From sequence record SRR22947725_4464: 44,582 nucleotides of DNA; one strand, given 5' to 3'. This document shows positions 1 to 10,138 of this stretch, in pieces (the first letter of the stretch is position 1; every line of letters starts with the position of its first letter). Under the pieces are notes generated by a model. It did no database searches and was not told the origin of the DNA. It worked only from the letters and a program-made list of their open reading frames with translations. The position numbers and the translations under genes are program-made.

Positions 1-127
1 GTGTATGATGATGCGTGGCGTTCAAAAACAAAATTCATTAACAACAACTTCTGGGTTTCGAGGAGCATTTGAAAAAATGGAAACACGTAATGAGTTTTTA
101 AAGCTCATCCAAGGAAAGCTTTCTTAA
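1..127 (+). CDS. folE: GTP cyclohydrolase I, 3' end (partial, runs off window start)
   Basis: Manual translation from nt 2 gives [41 protein letters not shown], the FolE C-terminal CMxMRG...TRxEF signature. Not in the ORF track. Confidence 0.93.
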   Translation, partial: CMMMRGVQKQNSLTTTSGFRGAFEKMETRNEFLKLIQGKLS

Positions 128-2310
128 AAACTTGTGTTTATAAAAAGTGAGAAGTTGATTCCTAAATCATCTGCAAAATAACGCATTCTGTTTAGGTAGT
201 CCCTGTACGACTCATCCAATAGATTATTAATCCTAAGACCAATCTTTGTTTTTTTGCTAAGGTTCATACTTGACTTAAGATGTAGTAAGTGATAATCCGA
301 TGGAGTTGTACTTACATCCAATGACACATATGAATCTGTTCGTGATATATAAACATCAAAATTATTATCTGGATAATCATTTTGCCTAGAAACATATTCG
401 CTTTCAACAGTTATCTCTAAGTTTTTATACTTGGGAATATTCCACGTAATTTCATGCTTTGCACTCAAAGGGGGTATGTCAATTAACGGGTTATTAGATC
501 CTTTTTCGAATCCTTTTGTGAGTGAAATTTTTTGATTAAAACTTAAGCTGTTAGCTAGATCTATATCTAAATCATAATCAAATCCGTACAGTGTAGTATC
601 GGTTTGTTTGTACTCCCAAACAGGAAAGGAACCCCTTATTGTAGTCCTAACTCCAGTGGGCACAATATATATGAAATTTTGAATGGTATTTAAGAATGGA
701 CTAAACGATGCGTGTAACCGCTTGTTTTTAAACTTGTATGAAAGCTGAATCTTTTGACCTACTTCTGAAGACAGGCTTAAATCACCAATTTCTATACGTG
801 CCGCTGCATGGTGTAAACCTTCGCTAAATAGTTCAGAAGGGTTTGGGTTTCTAGCCAACAACGCATAATTAAGGTATAAATCATGGTTCGTTCCTAGAGA
901 TAAATAACTACCCAAGCTAAACGAAAGATTACTGTAATCAAACGTTGGGTTTGCAAGAACCTGACTGTTTACTTCGTTAAGAATAATATTTGGATACAGA
1001 TTGCTGTAATTACGATCTTCCCATAATGATTTCCTATAATACTTGTAGGCATTGATGTGGGTGTAGTCGTAACGAATACCAAGCTCAAAAAGAAAGTCTT
1101 CTTCGAAAGCAAGATTTCCAATCGCATAGGCAGTTAGATCGTACTTCGTATAATCTGGAATAATTCTTCGAACACCCGTTTCTGGGTTGGCGTAATTCTT
1201 TTGATATTTTGATTCTAAACCAAGTTTTGTACTGAGCTTATTTGAAATGTTTGAAGTCAATTTAAGATTAAGCACATGCGTGTCAAGTTTTAGATCAATG
1301 GAGGGCTTACTGTTATTGCTACTACGCCTTATATCAAATTCAAATCTTCGGTTCTGCTGGTAATTATAGGAGATGTCAATTTTGCCAAGACTTGAGCGAT
1401 AGGTGTAATAGTTAAATTTGGCTACATGATGTTTGACTTGTTGTCTTGGTGCATTGATATCGTATGTGAAATCTTCAACTCGCAAGGGTAATGGGCTGTT
1501 TATCCCACGAATAAGATCTTCTGCAGTATGCAAATGTGACGCCTTAAGAATACCAACGTTTTTATTAAAAAAGGAATAGTAAAATTCCACTCCAGAACGG
1601 GTATTGTTTTTTCCAACTCTTGCTGAAATATTATTTTCACTATAGCCGGTATTGCTTAAGATGTAATCAGGAGATTGAAAATCCCCAAATCGTTTTAAGG
1701 TCCAGTTTAGGTTGGAAAACCAGCCACTTTTAAACCTATTTTCGAACTTATTAGCTAATGATGCGCCCCTGCCATTTGAAGAAGCTGTGAATAGCGTTTT
1801 TCCCGAAAAACCTACTTCTTTACGCACTTCTTTTGGTAGGGTTACCACAACGCCTCCTAGAGAATTTCCGCTGTACTCTAGCTTGTCAGCACCCGTGAGT
1901 ACAAAAATTTGGTCAACCGAGTTGATATCCAAACTTGGCTCATGTTCAACACCCCATTCCTGATCTTCAATTCGAACCCCATTATTGATAACAGCCACAC
2001 GGCTACTGTGTAACCCATGGATCACAGGTTTTGAGATTGTATTCCCTGTGTTTAAGGTAGATACTCCGTTAATGTGCTTGAGCACCTCTCCAAATGGAAG
2101 ACTTGACAAGTCTTCTAAATCCTTGTTTGTGAGTATGGTTTTATTAAGTGCCTTGGTGATTTTATTGAATTTATCATAAACAACAACCTCTTCCAATTCT
2201 TCTACTTTTTCTTGAGAAAAACCATAGAAGTTAGCAAGCAACACCATACAAAAAAAAGAAAATGGTGTAGCAATAGACTTTATCATTACACCATTTTTAA
2301 GAAGATTCAT
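124..2310 (-). CDS. TonB-dependent outer-membrane receptor, probably metal uptake
   Basis: Signal peptide, ELEEVVV TonB-box-like segment, plug motif KPVIHGL...QEWG.EH, barrel NNLLD..Y motif, C-terminal Phe; His clusters ASHLH and GLHH. Confidence 0.9.
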   Translation of the reverse strand: MNLLKNGVMIKSIATPFSFFCMVLLANFYGFSQEKVEELEEVVVYDKFNKITKALNKTILTNKDLEDLSSLPFGEVLKHINGVSTLNTGNTISKPVIHGLHSSRVAVINNGVRIEDQEWGVEHEPSLDINSVDQIFVLTGADKLEYSGNSLGGVVVTLPKEVRKEVGFSGKTLFTASSNGRGASLANKFENRFKSGWFSNLNWTLKRFGDFQSPDYILSNTGYSENNISARVGKNNTRSGVEFYYSFFNKNVGILKASHLHTAEDLIRGINSPLPLRVEDFTYDINAPRQQVKHHVAKFNYYTYRSSLGKIDISYNYQQNRRFEFDIRRSSNNSKPSIDLKLDTHVLNLKLTSNISNKLSTKLGLESKYQKNYANPETGVRRIIPDYTKYDLTAYAIGNLAFEEDFLFELGIRYDYTHINAYKYYRKSLWEDRNYSNLYPNIILNEVNSQVLANPTFDYSNLSFSLGSYLSLGTNHDLYLNYALLARNPNPSELFSEGLHHAAARIEIGDLSLSSEVGQKIQLSYKFKNKRLHASFSPFLNTIQNFIYIVPTGVRTTIRGSFPVWEYKQTDTTLYGFDYDLDIDLANSLSFNQKISLTKGFEKGSNNPLIDIPPLSAKHEITWNIPKYKNLEITVESEYVSRQNDYPDNNFDVYISRTDSYVSLDVSTTPSDYHLLHLKSSMNLSKKTKIGLRINNLLDESYRDYLNRMRYFADDLGINFSLFINTSF

Positions 2311-2324
2311 TTCGGAAAGTTTAA

Positions 2325-2873
2325 CTACTGAACTGTTACAGTAAATGTAGCGTCTATATCTGTATCTCCACCAACTTCAGCCAAAGTGCAATCATTGGGT
2401 TTTGTCGGCTCATGACGTAGTGTAAACGTAATCGTTCCGCTTCCTGCAGCTCCTGTCGTTAAATTGAAAGTAGTGCCCAAAGCTAATCCTTTGGTATCTG
2501 TGTTTAGATTATCAATAACTACGTCCGAAAGACCATTTAGTGTAAAAACAAACTGGTGTTCATCGCTTTCTTCGTTTACCTCGTCAGTAATGTTTTCTGC
2601 AGGGGATTCAAGTTCATTTAACAACACAATTACTCCAGAATAAACGGTATTTACAGCTAAAGGCCCAGAAACAGTAAATTCAGCTTCAGCAGAACCCATA
2701 CCATCTGAGTCTTGAGATTTTAATTCAACTACTGTTCCGGTTTGTGGCGTTAATGTTACAGTTAACGTTGTGATTACTTCTTCTTCATTAACTACTTCAG
2801 GTGTATCATCATCTTTACAGGATACATTGATGAATAACAATGCCAAGGTGGCATAAAAAAATACTTTTTTCAT
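2325..2873 (-). CDS. Acidic lipoprotein partner of the TonB-dependent receptor
   Basis: Lipobox NVSC followed by KDDD; EEEVITT, EHQF and LRHEP motifs that I recall from this TBDR-linked flavobacterial lipoprotein family; 14 nt from the receptor start. Confidence 0.8.
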   Translation of the reverse strand: MKKVFFYATLALLFINVSCKDDDTPEVVNEEEVITTLTVTLTPQTGTVVELKSQDSDGMGSAEAEFTVSGPLAVNTVYSGVIVLLNELESPAENITDEVNEESDEHQFVFTLNGLSDVVIDNLNTDTKGLALGTTFNLTTGAAGSGTITFTLRHEPTKPNDCTLAEVGGDTDIDATFTVTVQ

Positions 2874-2921
2874 TTTATAAATTTAATTGATTAATAAGGG
2901 TAAATAAGACGGAAGAGAGGT

Positions 2922-3224
2922 CTACATCGGGGGTGCCCTTAATAATTTACAACTAAATTTATTTTTTAAAATAGGATCAGTAAAAGCGTAAAGCTCGATT
3001 GAAAAATCAAAGAACCGAATACTATACTGGTAAAGAGCCGTTAGAGAGGAAAACTCAAATACATAGTCCAACAGATCACAGGAGGTGTCAATGGAGTGAA
3101 AGTGCAGTGAGTTTTCGTTACAGCTAGGGTGATCATGGTCGGATAATAGGTGTGTATGTTGTGCTAGGGTAGGGAGGAATAAAAACCCCACCAAAAGCAA
3201 CCGAACAAACAAAGTATTATGCAT
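2922..3224 (-). CDS. Small His/Cys-rich upstream ORF with C-terminal RAPP motif (DUF2946/CruR-like candidate arrest peptide), 100 aa
   Basis: Start moved to ATG 3224 (MHNTLFVRLLLVGFLFL, hydrophobic), then HTHLLSDHDHPSC...HFH...SC, ending LLRAPPM*. Confidence 0.75.
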   Translation of the reverse strand: MHNTLFVRLLLVGFLFLPTLAQHTHLLSDHDHPSCNENSLHFHSIDTSCDLLDYVFEFSSLTALYQYSIRFFDFSIELYAFTDPILKNKFSCKLLRAPPM

Positions 3225-3534
3225 TGTTTTTTGATTTAAATAAAAACCCCAGCCCCATGCGACTGAGCATCTTCTTTTCAAAGTTCCAAAAAAAATTGTA
3301 CTGACCAAATATAAATCCAAATAACACTAGTAATACTTGATAAATAGGGAAGATTAAAAATATACGGGCAAACCAATATACAAAAGGAGAAAACCTTTCG
3401 TGTGCAATTCCTAAAAAATCAGTCAATGGGGAGGCTAGTTTTGCTGCAGATGAGCCTGTGATAGCAAACACAACAAAGATGATGACCAACTGTGTGTTGG
3501 TTTCAATACCCCAGCGTTTTTTCAGTTTTTGCAT
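3217..3534 (-). CDS. Small membrane protein, DUF6787-like
   Basis: KLKKRWGI...VFAITGS...YQVLL...FGQ..FFW.FEKKM pattern; two hydrophobic segments. Confidence 0.75.
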   Translation of the reverse strand: MQKLKKRWGIETNTQLVIIFVVFAITGSSAAKLASPLTDFLGIAHERFSPFVYWFARIFLIFPIYQVLLVLFGFIFGQYNFFWNFEKKMLSRMGLGFLFKSKNNA

Positions 3535-4485
3535 TTATCCCAATAACTCCTTAATCTGTTGTGCTAGTTCCGTACCAATACGGTCTTGTGCTTCCATAGT
3601 AGCCGCTCCAATATGTGGCGTAAGCGAAATCTTTGGATGCATAAGTAGTTTTACTGCTGGAGTTGGCTCATTTAAAAAGGTGTCTAAAGCTGCAAAGCCC
3701 AAGTGATCGTTATCTAGTGCTTCTATAAGTGCTTCTTCATCAACCACGCCACCACGGGCTAAATTAATGAGTCCTGCACCTTCTTTCATTTTGGCCATTT
3801 CAGCGGCTCCAATAGTTGGTTTGTCTTGAGCAGGTACGTGAAGTGTTACAAAATCAGCTTGTTCCAAAACCTCATCAAATGATTTAATTTTCACTGATAC
3901 ATCAACGGATTGTCCATCAAAGAAATCTACAGCAATTGTTGCCGCTTCCATAAAAGGATCATAGGCAGCAACATCCATACCCAAACCAAGTGCCATTTTT
4001 GCAGTAGCTTGACCAATACGGCCAAAACCAATAACCCCAAGTGTTTTTCCACGAAGTTCGATACCACCAGCGTAAGCTTTTTTGAGGGATTTAAACTTAG
4101 TCTCTCCATCCAAAGGCATGTTTCGGTTTGAATCGTATAAGAAACGAACGGCTCCAAATAAATGTGCAAATACAAGTTCTGCAACAGATGCTGATGAAGC
4201 TGCAGGTGTATTGATCACATGAAGTCCTTTTTCACGCGCATAGTCAACATCAATGTTGTCCATACCAACGCCACCACGTCCAATTAGCTTTAACCCTGGA
4301 CACGCATCAATAAGTTCCTTACGTGCCGTTGTAGCACTACGGACCAAAAGTCCTGTGATGTTGTTTTCATTGATGTAATCAACAAGTTGTTCTTGAGCTA
4401 CATTGGTGGTAGTTATCGTAAAACCAGCTGCAGCTAGTGCATCTTGTCCAGTTTGAGAAACTCCGTCGTTTGCGTGAATATTCAT
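3535..4485 (-). CDS. serA: D-3-phosphoglycerate dehydrogenase (short form without ACT domain)
   Basis: VRSAT, GVGMDNID, GFGRIG NAD motif, NLARGG, TPHIGA; adjacent to serC. Confidence 0.9.
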   Translation of the reverse strand: MNIHANDGVSQTGQDALAAAGFTITTTNVAQEQLVDYINENNITGLLVRSATTARKELIDACPGLKLIGRGGVGMDNIDVDYAREKGLHVINTPAASSASVAELVFAHLFGAVRFLYDSNRNMPLDGETKFKSLKKAYAGGIELRGKTLGVIGFGRIGQATAKMALGLGMDVAAYDPFMEAATIAVDFFDGQSVDVSVKIKSFDEVLEQADFVTLHVPAQDKPTIGAAEMAKMKEGAGLINLARGGVVDEEALIEALDNDHLGFAALDTFLNEPTPAVKLLMHPKISLTPHIGAATMEAQDRIGTELAQQIKELLG

Positions 4486-4493
4486 AAATAGTA

Positions 4494-5558
4494 TTAAGCG
4501 TTTTGTTCTAGTGTTTTCATGACATCAACCAAGGCTTGTACCGATGCAATCGGTAATGCGTTGTACATAGATGCGCGGTAGCCACCAACAGAGCGGTGTC
4601 CATTAATTCCATTAAGTCCAGCTTCTTTCGCCATGGCTTCAAAAGTGTCCTTGAGTTCAGGTGTGTTTAGTGTAAATGTAGCATTCATTGTACTTCGATC
4701 TTCAACGGCAGCAAAACCATCAAACAGCGGATTGCGGTCAACTTCACCATACATTAAGGCTGCTTTAGCATTGTTTTCCTTTTCAATAGCACCTACACCG
4801 CCTTTATTTTTCAACCATTCCAAGTTAAGCATGGATGTATAAACAGCGAATACTGGAGGTGTATTAAACATACTTCCTTTATCAGCGTGAATACTATAAT
4901 CTAACATTGAAGGAATTGTATGGGATACTTTCCCTAGAATGTCTTCACGAACCACAACAAGTGTCGTTCCTGCTGGACCCATATTTTTTTGTGCTCCGGC
5001 ATAGATCAATCCGAATTTGGAAAAATCCAATTCACGAGAAAAAATATCTGAAGAAGAGTCTGCCACAAGAGTAGCATCTGTTTCAGGCAATGATTTATAC
5101 TGCGTCCCAAAAATGGTATTATTCGTTGTAATATGAAGGTAATCTAAGCCTGAAGGAATATCAAATCCTTTTGGGATGTAATTGAAGTTGGCATCTTTGG
5201 AAGAAGATAGTTCAATAGTTTCACCTATTAATTTTGCTTCTTTAATTGCTTTAGAAGACCAAGTTCCTGTGTTGCAATAACCCGCTTTGGTTTCTAATAG
5301 GTTGTAAGCAGTTGCAATAAACTGCATACTTGCACCTCCTTGAAGGAACATAGCCTTGTACCCTTTACCTTCAAGTCCTAAAAGCTCTAGGGCTAACGAA
5401 GTCGCATTGTCCATGATTTCAATAAAAGCAGGACTACGGTGAGAGATTTCTATTAGGGATAATCCTGAATTGTTAAGTTCTACAACAGCTTGTGAGGCTT
5501 TCTGCATCACTTCTTGCGGGAGGATACACGGTCCAGCACTAAAGTTGTGCTTTTTCAT
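4494..5558 (-). CDS. serC: Phosphoserine aminotransferase
   Basis: NFSAGP, EISHRS, AGAQKNMGPAG, NTPP, GHRSVGGYRAS; start set at MKKHNF. Confidence 0.97.
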   Translation of the reverse strand: MKKHNFSAGPCILPQEVMQKASQAVVELNNSGLSLIEISHRSPAFIEIMDNATSLALELLGLEGKGYKAMFLQGGASMQFIATAYNLLETKAGYCNTGTWSSKAIKEAKLIGETIELSSSKDANFNYIPKGFDIPSGLDYLHITTNNTIFGTQYKSLPETDATLVADSSSDIFSRELDFSKFGLIYAGAQKNMGPAGTTLVVVREDILGKVSHTIPSMLDYSIHADKGSMFNTPPVFAVYTSMLNLEWLKNKGGVGAIEKENNAKAALMYGEVDRNPLFDGFAAVEDRSTMNATFTLNTPELKDTFEAMAKEAGLNGINGHRSVGGYRASMYNALPIASVQALVDVMKTLEQNA

Positions 5559-5618
5559 ATTCAAATATTTGAAAGGCAAAGAAACAAAAACCTGTTCGGT
5601 TAGTCACAGAAATTTATG

Positions 5619-6653
5619 TTAGTTTTTTAACAAAAAAGCCATAGTGTCCACATGATCGGCATAGTCCATAAGTTTTGGGTATTGTGTTGAACCAAATGGA
5701 AGTGCATCTGAAAGGACATTACTAACCACACATTGTATCTGTTGTGCTTCCTCGTTAAGGCGGTTTTTCGCTTCTTCAAGCGTAGCATACGTACTGTAGT
5801 GAACACACGCAATGGGGGAGTTTAATCCAGTGTCTTTTTTGAGCATCATAAACCCGTTGTCGAGCAAATCGAGTTCTTGCATCAAGTACACTGCTTTATT
5901 GTAATCGTAATTGTTGGCATAGGCGTTGTGATGAATGATGTCGCGATGTTCGTAGAGTGCCAAGAAAAGGGCGTTAAAGTCATAGTTTTCTGGAACGATC
6001 AGGTGTGAAACACTACGACAGCCCAATCCAAAATAGTGTACAATATCCGTACTAAGTGCCGCTAAATCATCTGATGTTTCTGTTCCATCCAACAATGCAA
6101 CACCATTTCGTGTTTTTCGTATGATATGAGGAACAGCTTTAAAATAGTACTCAAAATACCGCGCTGTGTTGTTGCTTCCTGTTGCAATAACGGCATCAAA
6201 ACTGGAGAGTTTACCATCAGTAAATTGGATGCTGTCTTTCCATGAAGGCTCGGCATCCACAAGGAAATCCACAATAAACGGCAGTAAAACGGTATCGTTT
6301 GACGAGCGTTTTGCCTGTATGCTGTACCCACACGCTAGGCCACAGAGTAGGTCGTGAAGCCCAACCATAGGCACGTTTCCTGCCAAAACAAGCCCCAATC
6401 GCTTGGTGCTTGTAGGGGTGTTGTAGTTGGATAGCCATGCGGTAATCGCTTCTTTGGTCAATGTTTCTCCCCAAACAGCTATACAAAAGGATAGGTTCTC
6501 TTTGGTAAACCATTTGTTTTGACTCGAAGCCTCAACACATGCATTGTCAAGAAGTTGTATCCAATTATCGGATCGAGAATTCCCTTCAGAATAATCACGA
6601 AAAAGCTGTCCTAATTTTAAAAAGGCAAGAATTGATTGTTGATGTGCGTTCAT
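5619..6653 (-). CDS. Acyl-CoA reductase (LuxC-like)
   Basis: AGNVP.VG, IATGSNNT and GLGCRSV (catalytic Cys) motifs of the LuxC/ALDH-like family. Confidence 0.85.
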   Translation of the reverse strand: MNAHQQSILAFLKLGQLFRDYSEGNSRSDNWIQLLDNACVEASSQNKWFTKENLSFCIAVWGETLTKEAITAWLSNYNTPTSTKRLGLVLAGNVPMVGLHDLLCGLACGYSIQAKRSSNDTVLLPFIVDFLVDAEPSWKDSIQFTDGKLSSFDAVIATGSNNTARYFEYYFKAVPHIIRKTRNGVALLDGTETSDDLAALSTDIVHYFGLGCRSVSHLIVPENYDFNALFLALYEHRDIIHHNAYANNYDYNKAVYLMQELDLLDNGFMMLKKDTGLNSPIACVHYSTYATLEEAKNRLNEEAQQIQCVVSNVLSDALPFGSTQYPKLMDYADHVDTMAFLLKN

Positions 6654-6655
6654 AT

Positions 6656-6694
6656 TTTGCTTTGGTGTGGTTATACACTATTTTTGCAAAGTTA
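6656..6694. promoter_or_regulatory. Overlapping bidirectional Bacteroidota sigma-A promoter
   Basis: + strand TTTG (6656-59), N19, TATTTTTG (6679-86); - strand TAACTTTG (6687-94) immediately abutting. Confidence 0.65.
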
Positions 6695-6704
6695 AAGAAT
6701 TGCT

Positions 6705-7055
6705 ATGGCTATCATCATTACTGACGAATGTATTAATTGTGGAGCGTGTGAACCCGAATGCCCGAACACCGCTATTTATGAAGGGGCCTTTGATTGGAAA
6801 TACGGAGACGGCACCCAACTTAAAGGAGATGTGGTCCTTCCCAATGGAAGTGCTGTAAATGCAGATTCTATGCAAGAGCCTATTTCAGACGAGCTGTATT
6901 TTATCGTTCCTGATAAATGCACGGAGTGTAAAGGGTTTCACGATGAACCGCAATGTGCGGCTGTATGTCCCGTTGACTGCTGTGTTCCTGATGAGGATCA
7001 CGTAGAAACAGAAGAAGTACTTCTTGGCAAGCAACGTTTTATGCATCCCGACTAA
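6705..7055 (+). CDS. 4Fe-4S dicluster ferredoxin (YfhL-like)
   Basis: [12 protein letters not shown] and CTECKG...CAAVCP motifs. Confidence 0.93.
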   Translation: MAIIITDECINCGACEPECPNTAIYEGAFDWKYGDGTQLKGDVVLPNGSAVNADSMQEPISDELYFIVPDKCTECKGFHDEPQCAAVCPVDCCVPDEDHVETEEVLLGKQRFMHPD

Positions 7056-7056
7056 T

Positions 7057-8151
7057 ATGAAAGCAGGAATTGTTGGCCTACCAAACGTAGGAAAATCTAC
7101 CTTATTTAATTGTTTGTCAAGTGCCAAGGCACAAAGTGCAAACTTTCCTTTTTGTACCATCGAACCCAATATTGGCGTAGTAAACGTTCCTGATCCACGG
7201 CTAAACCGCTTGGAGGAATTGGTTGCTCCCCAAAAAGTACTTCCTGCTACGGTTGAAATCGTAGACATCGCTGGCTTGGTAAAAGGGGCAAGCAAAGGGG
7301 AGGGCTTGGGCAATCAGTTTTTGGCCAATATCCGGGAAACCGATGCTATTATTCATGTGTTGCGTTGTTTTGACAACGATAATATTGTACACGTAGACGG
7401 CTCTGTAGACCCGATACGCGACAAAGAAACCATTGATATCGAATTGCAGCTTAAAGACCTAGAAGCCGTTGAAAAACGCTTGGAAAAGGTAAAACGTGCT
7501 ACACGAACAGGCGACAAAGACGCGCAGAAAGAACTTGTTGTTTTAGAGTTGCTGCACAAAGCACTTGAAGCCGCTACTTCTGTGCGTGCTGTAGCACTTA
7601 GCGATGACGATAGAACAAGCTTTGTTCATCCGTTGCAACTGATTACAGACAAACCTGTATTGTATGTGTGTAATGTAGATGAGCGTGCTGCAGCTAGCGG
7701 AAACGATTACGTTACCCAAGTTAAAGGAGCGGTAGCAGGCGAAAATGCGCAAGTATTGGTGTTGGCAGTAGCTACTGAGGCAGACATCAATGAATTGGAA
7801 ACCTACGACGAACGCCAGTTGTTTCTTGAAGATTTAGGCCTCGATGAGCCTGGAGCAGCCAAACTAATTCGTTCGGCTTATACCTTGTTAAAACTAGAAA
7901 CCTATTTTACGGCAGGGGAGAAAGAAGTACGCGCATGGACGATTCCTGCGGGTGCAACGGCACCTCAAGCTGCAGGAGTAATTCATACCGACTTTGAAAA
8001 AGGCTTTATTCGTGCCGAAGTGATTTCATATGCTGATTACGACAGCTTTGGTTCTGAACAAAAAGCCAAAGAAGCCGGTAAGGCTAGGGTAGAAGGTAAG
8101 GAGTACATTGTTCAAGACGGAGACGTGATGCACTTTAGATTTAACGTTTAA
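7057..8151 (+). CDS. ychF: Ribosome-binding ATPase YchF
   Basis: GIVGLPNVGKSTLFN, NFPFCTIEPN, DIAGLV, C-terminal TGS domain ending DGDVMHFRFNV; ATG at 7057. Confidence 0.98.
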   Translation: MKAGIVGLPNVGKSTLFNCLSSAKAQSANFPFCTIEPNIGVVNVPDPRLNRLEELVAPQKVLPATVEIVDIAGLVKGASKGEGLGNQFLANIRETDAIIHVLRCFDNDNIVHVDGSVDPIRDKETIDIELQLKDLEAVEKRLEKVKRATRTGDKDAQKELVVLELLHKALEAATSVRAVALSDDDRTSFVHPLQLITDKPVLYVCNVDERAAASGNDYVTQVKGAVAGENAQVLVLAVATEADINELETYDERQLFLEDLGLDEPGAAKLIRSAYTLLKLETYFTAGEKEVRAWTIPAGATAPQAAGVIHTDFEKGFIRAEVISYADYDSFGSEQKAKEAGKARVEGKEYIVQDGDVMHFRFNV

Positions 8152-8220
8152 TTCACCCCCTCTTTTTTCCTAATTGCAGAAATTGTTTTAATTTATACGA
8201 CAATTTTAAAGCAATTAAAT

Positions 8221-8715
8221 ATGAAAAAAGCACTTTTAGTATTCACCATAATTATACTCGCAAGCTGTGCCACTCCAACAGCACCAGCTGTAGAGGGTGT
8301 AGGTTTCTTTAAGCCCATGCCAGAAGAGAAATTCATTACAGGATCGGATGACACTACCGATTTCTGGATGAAATACATAGACGCACACAACAACCGAGAC
8401 ATTGAGGCTATTAAGTCGATGAGCGCAGACTCTATTTACATTTTAGGCCCTGATGGTTCTGAAATTCGCACCAATGGTGCACAAGCAGCCGTGTTAGAGG
8501 GCTGGTTTGCCGCCTCAAACCCAAAATGGGATATCTATTGGGCAATGCCCTACAAGACTGTTCCTAGCGGTGCAGAGTGGATTATTGCCGGACATGCCGT
8601 TACCGAAACGGTAGAAGGCAACGAAACTACCGCACTGCATATGATAGACGGTGAAATTAAAGACGGTAAAGTAGCACGCTTTTTTGTGTATGCTACCAAA
8701 GCACCTGGAGAATAG
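8221..8715 (+). CDS. Lipoprotein with probable NTF2/SnoaL-like domain
   Basis: Lipobox LASC; YIDAHNNRDIEAI...IKDGKV pattern typical of the NTF2-like fold. Confidence 0.65.
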   Translation: MKKALLVFTIIILASCATPTAPAVEGVGFFKPMPEEKFITGSDDTTDFWMKYIDAHNNRDIEAIKSMSADSIYILGPDGSEIRTNGAQAAVLEGWFAASNPKWDIYWAMPYKTVPSGAEWIIAGHAVTETVEGNETTALHMIDGEIKDGKVARFFVYATKAPGE

Positions 8716-8737
8716 GTTCTGAGTTTTATTCGTAACT

Positions 8738-8765
8738 AAAAAGCACCCGGTTGGGTGCTTTTTTT
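8738..8765 (+). terminator. Rho-independent terminator, bidirectional-type
   Basis: AAAAAGCACCC-GGTT-GGGTGCTTTTTTT. Confidence 0.85.
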
Positions 8766-8851
8766 GTGGGGATTGGTTTTGGCGGTATTTATTCTAATTT
8801 TTTAATAGGGTTCATATTGTCTCATGCTATTCTAATGTGTAACAGAAATAT

Positions 8852-8887
8852 AAAAAAGGCACCAAATAGAGAATTTACGGTGCTTTT
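8852..8887 (-). terminator. Probable terminator for the minus-strand accessory genes
   Basis: On the - strand: AAAAGCACC...GGTGCCTTTTTT, ~50 nt after the stop at 8935. Confidence 0.55.
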
Positions 8888-8934
8888 AATCTCATTGAAT
8901 AAGCTTGAAAATGTAGCAAAATAGATTTTTCAAA

Positions 8935-10137
8935 TCACTTTTCACTAAAGAAGTGAGCGTAAATAGTCTTTAATAAATCAACCTCCTTCTTATTTATTCC
9001 TTTTTCTTTAGATCCTTCGTGTGCTAATTGATTTCGGTAAGAATTAAAATAAGAAATCCATTTTAATACTTCCTTTTTGTTTTTTCCTATTCCAATATCA
9101 ATAGCAAAAGTTTTTTCGAAAGTAATAAAGTCATCTATCATTGGTTCTGGTTTTTTAGACCAATATTTTTCAATGAGAACCTTGTAATCTGTAATACTGA
9201 ACATTTCAGTCCATTCTACTCTTTTAGATATTCCCTCTTTGTAATTCTTTTTGTTTTCAGCATTTGCTCTAAGCGTACAAGCTGACTGAATAGTTTCAAT
9301 TTCTAATTCCCAATTATCTTCAAATAAAATTTCCAAATTATTGAGTATGGTCTTTTTCATAAACCTTTCAACTTCTTTGATATATTTTCTACCATCACTT
9401 TGATAAACTTCATTTTGGCGTTCTTTCCAATCTATTAATTCAGGAGGATTATAACTTGTGTGGTTGGTATTTACAATTGTTTGAAAATAACGTAGCCATT
9501 TTGTGTCAGCACCTGCTCCTAAGAGAGTAAGTTGCTTATCTTCTTCTTCAGTAGATAATTTACTCAAACCATCAAGTAAACTTTTTAAGTAAGGTTTTAT
9601 AATTTCAAATCTATCAGATGATTTTAATTGTTTGCTTAATTTCCCTTTTTCTGTTTCAAATTTATTTAAGTCTCCAATTAAGGATATAAAGGCAAATGTT
9701 CCTCTGTTTGATACGATAAAGTACTTTTCTTTATTATAAATTTTAGGGTATGAATGCTCAACATAATCGTAACAATGAATAATAAAGTCGACAATTTTCT
9801 TTTTTGCCCTATTCATTTCTTGATTGTGAACTTGATTGTTTGTATCGTATAAACTACCAACTAAAGAATCTTCATTATACTTATTTCCTTTTGCACTTGG
9901 TAAAAGACTTGAATTAGCAAGAGCCGTTGTAAATGGTTTAAAAGTTAAAACAGCTTTATCTTCACCAACAGATATTTTATTAAATAAAGGACTAGATTCT
10001 GAGTTTCCTAATTTTTTAATAATTGAAGATCTCAATGCTTTAAGACGAGAATCTGCTCTATCCGAATCCCAATACAAATCTTCTTCTAAATCCAATCTTA
10101 AACTTGGACTAACTGCCTTTTGATTTTGGTTTATATT
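8935..10137 (-). pseudogene. 5'-truncated DGQHR/DndB-like protein with C-terminal Swt1-like HEPN domain
   Basis: The frame continues upstream of the TTG at 10095 as *NINQNQKAVSPSLRLDLEED. IN..QK.V is the end-of-domain motif of DGQHR/DndB proteins, but the DGQHR motif itself is missing. The C-terminus has EVERFMK...NW, DY..LI.KYW and RNQLAH (RxxxxH). Confidence 0.7.
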
Positions 10138-10138
10138 T

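Noticed and set aside
3225-3320. ORF-track N-terminal extension of the RAPP ORF
   Set aside because: It overlaps DUF6787 in another frame; ATG 3224 gives a clean hydrophobic start.
5619-6653. Bioluminescence operon
   Set aside because: No luciferase or other lux genes are present.
8935-10137. Functional dnd phosphorothioation cluster
   Set aside because: No dndA/C/D/E in the window, and the DGQHR-like gene is truncated.
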